Assembly: GCA_038060895.1 (NCBI GenBank)
Contig: JBBTCT010000014.1
Span: 92,649-137,621 of the forward strand
Reading direction: 5' to 3'
DNA from: Planctomycetota bacterium
GTDB taxonomy: Bacteria > Planctomycetota > MHYJ01 > WSZJ01
Length of the DNA stretch: 44,973 nucleotides
Shown in pieces: positions 26,547 to 33,674 of this stretch. Under the pieces are notes generated by a model that worked only from the letters and a program-made list of their open reading frames with translations, was not told the origin of the DNA and did not search any database. The position numbers and the translations under genes are program-made. Within the stretch, counting starts at the first letter, position 1. Each line of letters opens with the position of its first letter.

Positions 26547-27425
26547 ATGGAAGACGAACGCATCAACAAGCTCTGGAACTTCGGCGACCCGGCTGGGACC
26601 GAGGCGCGCTTCGTCGAGGTCCTCGGCAGGGCCGACTACGCGCCGGGGACGGCCGCCCGGGCGGAGCTGATGACCCAGATCGCGCGGTCGCAGGGGCTGC
26701 AGCGGAAATTCGACGAGGCGCGCCGGACGCTCGCGGAGGCGGACGCGCTCATCGGCCCACTCGGGGACGCCGGGAAAGTCGCGCGCGTCCGCTGGCACCT
26801 CGAGCGCGGGCGGACGGACAATTCCTCGAAGACCGGTGACCGCGGGCGCGCGGACTTCCTGAAGGCGCTCGAGCTCGCCCAGGCGGCGGGCGAGGAAAAC
26901 CTCGCCGGCGACGCCGTCCACATGCTGGCGATCATCGAACCGCCTGACGCCGCGCTCGAATGGAGCCACCGCGGAATCCGGATGGCCGAGGAAGCGAAGT
27001 CGGAGAAGGCCAAGGGCTGGCTTGGGCCGCTCTACAACAACACCGGTTGGACGTACCACGATCGCAAGGAGTACACCAAAGCGCTCGCGCTTTTCGAGCA
27101 GTCACTCTCGTTCCGGACGGAGAAAAAGCAGGAAGCGGAGATCCGAATCGCGAAGTGGACGATCGCACGGTGCCTGCGCTCGATGGGCCGCCTGGAAGAG
27201 TCACTCGCGAGGCAGCAGGCGCTTCATACCGAATTCGAAGCCGCGAAAAAGACGGACGGCTACGTTCTCGAGGAACTGGGCGAGTGTCTGCTCGCGCTCA
27301 ACCGAGGAGGCGAAGCAAGGCCGTGGTTCGCGAAAGCGCACGCGGAGCTGTGCAAGGACGACTGGCTGACGGCCAACGAGAAGCCGCGCCTCGACCGCCT
27401 CGCGGAACTGGGAAAGCCCCTCTAG
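26547..27425 (+). CDS. tetratricopeptide-repeat protein
   Basis: LWNFGDP..TE.RF, ELMTQIARSQGLQ, LERGR, LYNNTGW.YHD, helical TPR periodicity. Confidence 0.8.
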   Translation: MEDERINKLWNFGDPAGTEARFVEVLGRADYAPGTAARAELMTQIARSQGLQRKFDEARRTLAEADALIGPLGDAGKVARVRWHLERGRTDNSSKTGDRGRADFLKALELAQAAGEENLAGDAVHMLAIIEPPDAALEWSHRGIRMAEEAKSEKAKGWLGPLYNNTGWTYHDRKEYTKALALFEQSLSFRTEKKQEAEIRIAKWTIARCLRSMGRLEESLARQQALHTEFEAAKKTDGYVLEELGECLLALNRGGEARPWFAKAHAELCKDDWLTANEKPRLDRLAELGKPL

Positions 27426-27435
27426 CGAGGCCTTT

Positions 27436-27491
27436 CTACCTCCTACCTCCTACCTCCTGCCCACTACCCCCTACTCACCACTCACGACTCT
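27436..27491. repeat. degenerate heptamer tandem repeat (8 units, CTACCTC-like) between convergent genes
   Basis: ctacctc ctacctc ctacctc ctgccca ctacccc ctactca ccactca cgactct. Confidence 0.85.
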
Positions 27492-28147
27492 CAAACTTGA
27501 TTGAGATTCACAATCCGCTTCCGCCGCTCCTGCACTTGCGCGCGCAGCTTCTCCTTGATCGAAACGGGGCTCTTGAGCCCGAGGAGGAGCATCGTCGGGG
27601 TCGTGACGTCGCTCGACGAAATCTTCACGGTTCCGACGTCGAACATGCGCTCGATGACGCCTTGCGACGTCGTCACGTCGTCCACCCGGATCAGCTCGAC
27701 TTCTTCGATGCGGCGGCCAATCAGGCCGACCTGGACGAAGAGCCGCTGCGTGGTGAGGCGGTAGTGAAGGGTGAGGCGGCGCCAGAGGGCGACCGCGCCG
27801 GCGTAGAGCAAGGGAATGGGGGACAGCACCGCGAACACGTACACGACCCACTTCTTGTCCTCAAACCACGTGTCCTTGCCGGTGAGCATGAAGTACGCGA
27901 CCCATAACGCCGCGAACCAGATCCCGCCACCGACGAAGGCCATTCCCATTGCGCGCGGGCTGTAGCCGCCCTTCCAGACGTCCTCCTCCTTGAGGGGGAC
28001 AACGTCCGCAGGCTTCGCGGGGGCCGTCAGCGCGGCAGCAGGCTCCGCGGCGGGCGCGGCGCCGCCCTGGGAAGCGCCGCATTTGTTGCAGAATCCGCTT
28101 CCTTCGGGAAGTTCGACGCCGCACTTGTTGCAGAACATGGCACTCAC
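27491..28147 (-). CDS. zinc-ribbon + two TM + bacterial PH (bPH_2/YdbS-like) domain protein
   Basis: MFCNKCG...FCNKCG ribbon; HYRLTTQRL....GLIGR..EEVEL.RVDDV...Q...ERMFDVGTV.I.SSD; start may be ATG 28138. Confidence 0.85.
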   Translation of the reverse strand: MSAMFCNKCGVELPEGSGFCNKCGASQGGAAPAAEPAAALTAPAKPADVVPLKEEDVWKGGYSPRAMGMAFVGGGIWFAALWVAYFMLTGKDTWFEDKKWVVYVFAVLSPIPLLYAGAVALWRRLTLHYRLTTQRLFVQVGLIGRRIEEVELIRVDDVTTSQGVIERMFDVGTVKISSSDVTTPTMLLLGLKSPVSIKEKLRAQVQERRKRIVNLNQV

Positions 28148-28261
28148 GATATTTCAAATTTCCCGGTCCGCTGACTTTTTTCCGTTTGGCCGGACGAGGA
28201 GGGGAGCCGTTCGCGGCGGTCCCGGCGACGCGCGCCGGAAGGGACCGGCGCGACCGCCACC

Positions 28262-28594
28262 TCACTCGCCAAATTCTTCTTTGAACGACCGCTTGTGCAC
28301 GCGATCGATCATCTCGCTCGACTGCTGAAGGTATTTCACGAAGTCAGACCGGCCCCACGACGGGTGCGATTCGATCTGCTGGAGAATTTCCTCGAAGATC
28401 GCCTTTCGAATCCCCATCTGCTTGCCGATCTTCAGCTTCTTGAAATCGTAGCCCAGCTTCCGCGCGGTGCCGAAGACGCGGTCGAGGATGTCCTTGGGGA
28501 CTTTTGAGCCGCCGGGGGATTCGCTCAGGATCCGCCGCACCTGCTCTACTTCGAGCTTGAGGGCCTGTGCGATGTCGTTGAGGGTGACGGACAA
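28262..28594 (-). CDS. small protein with LacI-like helix-turn-helix and no sugar-binding domain
   Basis: VTLNDIAQALKLEVEQVRRILS...V...ILDRVFGTARKLGY; start re-called at TTG 28594 with GGAG upstream. Confidence 0.7.
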   Translation of the reverse strand: MSVTLNDIAQALKLEVEQVRRILSESPGGSKVPKDILDRVFGTARKLGYDFKKLKIGKQMGIRKAIFEEILQQIESHPSWGRSDFVKYLQQSSEMIDRVHKRSFKEEFGE

Positions 28595-28610
28595 GGTGGC
28601 GTCTCCGGTG

Positions 28611-29183
28611 TTAACCGTTTCCCTGGGGAGTCTTGGTTGCCGGGCCGGCGGGGGATTGCGTCGGGGCCGCCGCGGGAGGGACCGGCGCGACGCGGGCACG
28701 CCGCGATTCTTCGTCCCGAAGGCGCGCCAGCTCCTTCAGCGCCGCGGGGTAATTCGGGCAGAGGCGGACCGCTTCCTCGAGCTCGTGAATCGCCTCGGCG
28801 AGCTGGTTCTTCTGGAGCCAGACGCGGCTCAGGTTGAAGTGAGGGTAGTGACGCGCTTCGTAGCGCGTGGCCCGCACGGCCCGCTGCAGGTAGGGAATCG
28901 CTTCGTCGAGCTTCCCCTGCTCGATCAGGTAAGCGCCGATGTCGTTGTACGGGTTTCCATATTCGGGGTCGATCGCGATCGCCTTGTGGCACTCGTCGAT
29001 CGCGTCCTGCATCCGCCGCATGAACGAGTAGGTCCAGCCGAGGAAGGTGTGGGCCTCCGGCAGGGGGTGCGCCGCAATCGACTTGCGGTATGCGTCGGCG
29101 GCCTTGTCGAGGTCGCCCTGCATCTGCAGCCGGTACCCCTGGTCGAGATAGAACTCGGCGTGCTCAAACCGAATGGCGCCCAC
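28611..29183 (-). CDS. tetratricopeptide-repeat protein
   Basis: AHTFLGWTYS, AIAIDPEYGNPYNDIGAYL, PHFNL..V. Confidence 0.85.
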   Translation of the reverse strand: MGAIRFEHAEFYLDQGYRLQMQGDLDKAADAYRKSIAAHPLPEAHTFLGWTYSFMRRMQDAIDECHKAIAIDPEYGNPYNDIGAYLIEQGKLDEAIPYLQRAVRATRYEARHYPHFNLSRVWLQKNQLAEAIHELEEAVRLCPNYPAALKELARLRDEESRRARVAPVPPAAAPTQSPAGPATKTPQGNG

Positions 29184-30307
29184 TAGGGTATCTCCAGCGT
29201 TTTGTGGTAGGTGCAGAGGTTGATGCAGCCGTCCTTCGTCACGAGCACGTCGTCCTCGATGCGCACGCCGCCGTGGCCGGGGTAGTACAGCCCAGGCTCG
29301 ACGGTCACGACCATTCCTTCCTTGAGCGGTGCGCCGCGCTTTCCCATCCCCGGCGACTCGTGCACGTCCAGCCCGATCCCGTGCCCCGTGCCGTGGAAGA
29401 ACCCCCGGGGCTTGCCGTCAATCGTCTCTGTCTTGAAACCGAGATCTTCAATCGTCTTCTGCACCGCCTTGTGCACGTCCGTGGATTCCACTCCCGCCCT
29501 GATCGTCCGGAACGCGGTCTCGCACCCCGCCTTCACGGCCGTGTCCATCCGCTTCACCTCCGCCGACGCCTGTCCTTTCACCCACGTCCGCGTCATGTCC
29601 GCGACATATCCCGACTTCAGGTTCTTCGGGAATACGTCGAGGATCACGGGCTCGTGCGGCCGGAGAGGCCCGAAGCCGCGGCAATGAGGGTCAACCCCCT
29701 GCTCCCCTCCCGCGACGATCGTGTGGTCCGCAAGAAGGCCGTTCTCGTAGAGATACAGGTCGATGACCTTCCGCAGCCGCTCCGACGTCAGCGGCGCGCC
29801 CTGCCACCACAGCTCGTTCCCGCGGATCTCCGTCTCCCTCAGCGTCTTCTCCGCCCGCGCGTACGCCTCTTCCGTGAAGCGGATCGACTCCTTGATGTGG
29901 GCGAGTTCTTCGGCCGTCTTCACCGTGCGCTCGGGATAGAAAGGGTCTTTCCTGCACGTCAGCGTCAGGCCCCTTCCGCGCAACTGGTCCACCAGCTCGA
30001 ACGGAAACGTCGCCGGCACGAACACCCGGTCCTCGCCGCGCTTCTTGAACACGCTCACGATCACGTCGGCAATCGTCGGCGAAGCATTCCCCGCGTCCTT
30101 CAGTTCCTTCTCGATCGCCGAGAGCGACAGGACCGCGTCGACCCTCGCCTCGGCCTTGCCTCTTCCCAGCTCGAGATCGTTCAGCACGAGCATGCTTTTC
30201 CCGCCGGCCTCGATGTAGACGATCGGGTCGCCGGCCTGGAAACGCGTCTTGTAGAGGAGGTTCGAATCGTGGGACGAAGCGGCATAAATGAGGACAGCTT
30301 CGGGCAT
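29183..30307 (-). CDS. M24 family Xaa-Pro peptidase
   Basis: ILDVFP, GYVADMTRT, FFHGTGHGIGLDVHE, VTVEPGLY, GVRIEDD. Confidence 0.93.
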   Translation of the reverse strand: MPEAVLIYAASSHDSNLLYKTRFQAGDPIVYIEAGGKSMLVLNDLELGRGKAEARVDAVLSLSAIEKELKDAGNASPTIADVIVSVFKKRGEDRVFVPATFPFELVDQLRGRGLTLTCRKDPFYPERTVKTAEELAHIKESIRFTEEAYARAEKTLRETEIRGNELWWQGAPLTSERLRKVIDLYLYENGLLADHTIVAGGEQGVDPHCRGFGPLRPHEPVILDVFPKNLKSGYVADMTRTWVKGQASAEVKRMDTAVKAGCETAFRTIRAGVESTDVHKAVQKTIEDLGFKTETIDGKPRGFFHGTGHGIGLDVHESPGMGKRGAPLKEGMVVTVEPGLYYPGHGGVRIEDDVLVTKDGCINLCTYHKTLEIP

Positions 30308-30440
30308 CGAGGGGTCTCCGGCGCGCGGGTGAGGGCTTTGACGATAGCAACAGGGGGGCCACGCATCAACGGCAGATGGAATTCCGAGCGGTCCCGTTGC
30401 GTTGCAGGGAGTGGCGCGCGTCCCTTACGATGCGCCGACC

Positions 30441-32348
30441 ATGCGCCTCCTTCCCCTGGCCGTCGTGCTGCTCGCCGCTTCCCGTGCCTTCGCGCAGGAG
30501 GGGGACGAGGTGCCTCCTGAACTGGCGGCGCTGGAAGGGCGGATCGTGTCGATCACGCCCGCCGAGGCGAAGATGGGGGATACGGTCGTCGCGAAGGTCG
30601 AGCTTGTGTCGCCGAAGGGGTGGCACATTTACGGGCTGGCGAAGGGGACGAGCGGCGCGCCGACGGAATTCAAGGTGACGGAGGGGCCGTTCCGGGTCGG
30701 TGCAGGAGTCAAGGAGCCGGCGCCCAAGGTCCATGACCACACGTTTGAGAACGGGTACCGGGAAAACTACTCGTACCACGAGGGCACTGTCGTCTTCGAA
30801 GTTCCGCTGGAAGTGACCGGGGACGCGAAGCCGGGCAACACGAAGGTGACAATCTCGGTGCACACGATGTTGTGCACGATGGCCGTCTGCCTGGACGAGG
30901 CGGATACGACGTATTCGGCGACGATGAAGATTGTCGAGGGCGGCGTCGCGAAGCCGCCGACGGTGACCGATGGCGCGGCGCAGGGCGGGGGAGGATCTCC
31001 GCCGAAGGCGGCCCACGATCCCAAGAAGGGCGGATTCTGGGCGTTCATCGGGCTCTCCATCCTGACCGGGCTGGCCACTCTCGTCACTCCGTGCGTCTTT
31101 CCCATGATCCCCGTGACGATCTCCTTCTTCACCAAGCAGGCCAGCGGCGCGCGAAGCGGCACCTTCGCGCTGGCTGCGGCCTATGGGATCGGCATCGTCG
31201 TGAGCTACACGGCGATCGGCCTCATCGTCAGCGCGGCGCTTGGCGTTGAAGGCGCGAATGATTTCGCCAAGAACGCCTGGGTCAATATCACGATCTGCAT
31301 CATCTTCGTCATCTTCGCGTTCTCGCTTTTCGGGTGGTTTGAGCTCGCATTGCCCGGCTTCATCACCGACAAACTCTCCGCGCAGGGGAAAAGCGGTTAC
31401 ATCGGCGCCCTGCTCCTGGGACTCACGTTCTCGATCACGGCCTTCACCTGCGCGGCGCCCTTCCTCGGGTCGCTCCTGCTCCTCTCGGTCAATGGCGACT
31501 GGACGTGGTCGCTCTTTGGGTTCCTCACCTACTCGGGCACTATGGCCGTGCCTTTCATCGCTCTAGGCCTCTTCCCCAGCCTTCTCAAGGCGCTTCCGCG
31601 GTCCGGGGGCTGGCTGAATTCGGTCAAGGTCGTTCTGGGATTCGTCGAGCTCGCCGCGGCCTGCAAGTTCCTCGCGAACGCCGACGACCAGTGGAACTGG
31701 CACTTCGTATCGCGCTCCTACGTCCTGGCTTTCTGGACTGCCTGCTCCGTCGCAGCCGCGCTCTACCTGTTCCGCGTCTTCCGGCTCAAGGACGAAGAGC
31801 CGATACCCGAGATCGGGGTCCCGCGCATGCTCTGGGGAATCGTCTTTGCAGGATTCGCCCTCTTTTGCGCCAGCGGACTTTTCGGACGCCATCTCGGGAT
31901 CGTCGAAGCGCTCCTGCCGCTTCCTGAGCAGAAGATGTGGCTCGGCGAGGGTCCGTCGGGGGGAAGTGAAACCGGCGGCGGGCACGTGGAGTACGGCTCG
32001 TACTCGCAGGCGCTAGCGGCGGGAAAAGAGCAGAAGAAACCGGTCTTTCTCGAATTCACGGCGTTCAGCTGAACGAATTGCCGCGCGCTGGAGAACACGG
32101 TGCTGGTCAGCCCGGTGATTCTCAAGGAGCTGGAGCGGTTCGTCTGGCACAAGCTGTGGACGGATTCCAACAAGCCCCACGGGGACGAGAACAGGGCGGC
32201 AAAGGAGTCACTGGGAGGCGGAGCGCTGCCACTGCTCGTTCTTTTCGACGGCGCAGGCCGCGAAATTTCGCGGCTGCCCGATGCTGACAAGGCAGACGTC
32301 CTGATCACCGAATCACAATTGCTCGAAGCGCTTCGCAAAATCCGTTAA
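30441..32348 (+). CDS. dsbD: DsbD-like thiol:disulfide interchange protein, predicted selenoprotein (UGA 32070-32072 = Sec, UxxC in the C-terminal thioredoxin-like domain)
   Basis: Signal peptide, N-terminal domain (GWHIY, C-x4-C), TM domain TPCVFPMIP and FTCAAP, LPRSGGWLN.VK.VLGF. ORF 30402..32072 and ORF 32100..32348 are in the same frame, joined by FLEFTAFS-TGA-TNCRALE. Confidence 0.88.
32085..32103 (+). promoter_or_regulatory. putative bacterial SECIS hairpin for dsbD UGA
   Basis: GCGCUG-[GAGAACA]-CGGUGC stem-loop (two G-U pairs); the G-initiated loop begins 18 nt after the UGA; folded by eye. Confidence 0.45.
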
Positions 32349-32380
32349 AAGTCCGCGAGCGCAAACCAGGAGGAACGACG

Positions 32381-32704
32381 ATGGGCAACGCAAAGGAACT
32401 GTCGGACGACGGATTTGAAGCGGAAGTAGGCGCCAAGGGCGTCGCGCTGGTGGACTTCTGGGCGACGTGGTGCGGCCCGTGCAAGAAGGTCGCACCGATC
32501 GTGGAGGAGCTGGCCGGCCAATTCACCGGCAAAGCCCGCATTTACAAGATGGACGTCGACCAGAACCAGGGAACGCCCGCGCGGTTCGGGGTGATGTCGA
32601 TCCCGACGGTCGTGCTCTTCAAGGACGGCAAGGAAGTCGATCGAGTGGTGGGCGCGCAGTCGAAGGCGTTCTTTGAAGACAAACTCAAAAAGCTGATCGG
32701 ATAA
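32381..32704 (+). CDS. trxA: thioredoxin
   Basis: LVDFWATWCGPCK, VMSIPT..LFKDG; AGGAGG at 32368-32373. Confidence 0.97.
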   Translation: MGNAKELSDDGFEAEVGAKGVALVDFWATWCGPCKKVAPIVEELAGQFTGKARIYKMDVDQNQGTPARFGVMSIPTVVLFKDGKEVDRVVGAQSKAFFEDKLKKLIG

Positions 32705-32706
32705 AA

Positions 32707-33024
32707 ATGGCGCTGACGACGATCTCGGATGCCGACTTTCAGCAGGCGGTCGCCACGGGCGTGACGGTCGTGGACTTCTGGGGAGACGGCTGACATGCCT
32801 GCACGAAAATGGCTCCCGTGCTGGAGCAGCTGGCGGCGCAGGTGGCGGGGAAAGCGAAGATCGTGAAGGCGAAAATCGACGACGCGACGGACTCCGCGTC
32901 GGGCCTCGGGGTCATGGCCCTGCCCACGTTCGTGTTCTTCAAGGACGGGAAGGAAATGGACCGGCAGATCGGGACGGCGTCGCTCGACGCGATGAAGAAG
33001 AAGGTCGACAAGATCACCGGGTAG
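32707..33024 (+). CDS. thioredoxin-fold selenoprotein (UGA 32791-32793 = Sec; U-H-A-C motif), 105 aa
   Basis: ATG 32707, 2 nt after the trxA stop, reads MALTTISDADFQQAVATGVTVVDFWGDG-TGA-HACTKMAPVLEQLA...VMALPTFVFFKDG in one frame and aligns end-to-end with the adjacent TrxA. Confidence 0.88.
32797..32843 (+). promoter_or_regulatory. putative bacterial SECIS hairpin for the Sec-thioredoxin UGA
   Basis: Upper stem GCUCC-[CGUGCU]-GGAGC (32812-32827), loop starting 23 nt after the UGA with G at loop position 2; possible lower stem GCCUGC/GCAGGU; folded by eye. Confidence 0.55.
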
Positions 33025-33025
33025 A

Positions 33026-33604
33026 CTACTTCCAGTCCACCGGCACCTTCTTCGGTTCCTTCCACGTCTCGATCATCACGAACTTCTTCTCGACGCCGTG
33101 AAGCCACACGTCGGAGGTGATTTTCACGTCGTCCTTGCAGTACTTGATCAGTGTGTCCCAGTCGCCTTTCCGGAACCACTCGATCGCCTGCAGCCCGTGG
33201 CCGCTCTTCTTCGTGCCAAGCGTCGCGCTGGCGACCGAGTCGAGCTTCACGCGGTGCCCGAGGATGCGCGTCAGGTCCTCCAGGATGTCGAACGACTTCA
33301 CCGTTGACCAGTCGAGCTTCGTGTAGCGCCCCAGCACTGCGTAGTCGAAATGCTTCTGGTTGAAGCCGATCACCCGGTCGGCGGCCCGCAGGTCCTCGAC
33401 CAGCGCGTTGACTTCCTCTTCGCGGTACACCGCGAACTCCTTCGTCTCCAGCGCGTATGTCACGCCGACCGACATCTTCAGCTCCGCCATCTTGTTGCGG
33501 CCGCCGACGTCGTCGAACGAGTTCTGCGTCTCCAGGTCGAAGACGAGCGTGCGCGCTTTCGATCTCGGCGCGCCGAAAAGCAGTCCCTGGGCGTTGTCGG
33601 GCAT
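33026..33604 (-). CDS. RNase H-like (DEDD/RNase_H_2, YprB/MrfB-like) exonuclease domain protein
   Basis: LVFDLETQ, VIGFNQKHFDY, KLDSVA..TLG..K, YCKDDV..T; start re-called at ATG 33604. Confidence 0.85.
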   Translation of the reverse strand: MPDNAQGLLFGAPRSKARTLVFDLETQNSFDDVGGRNKMAELKMSVGVTYALETKEFAVYREEEVNALVEDLRAADRVIGFNQKHFDYAVLGRYTKLDWSTVKSFDILEDLTRILGHRVKLDSVASATLGTKKSGHGLQAIEWFRKGDWDTLIKYCKDDVKITSDVWLHGVEKKFVMIETWKEPKKVPVDWK

Positions 33605-33674
33605 GAGGAGAAATCCGGAACGGGGATGCGCCGATATAACCCGTGCCGCGATTGAAGGCACGCAAAAGCCTCCT

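Noticed and set aside
28240-28691. 15-bp direct repeat AGGGACCGGCGCGAC (28240-28254 and 28677-28691) bracketing the LacI-like gene
   Set aside because: GC-rich, one copy lies inside the TPR coding tail, and there is no mobility gene; could easily be chance
30441-33024. UGA as Trp/Gly (alternative genetic code) or as simple pseudogene stops
   Set aside because: TGA is a true stop elsewhere (carA, uppS, queD and kinase 1 ends with ATGA overlaps), and both internal TGAs fall on the catalytic Cys column with intact downstream frames. Sec is the parsimonious reading, pending detection of sel genes.
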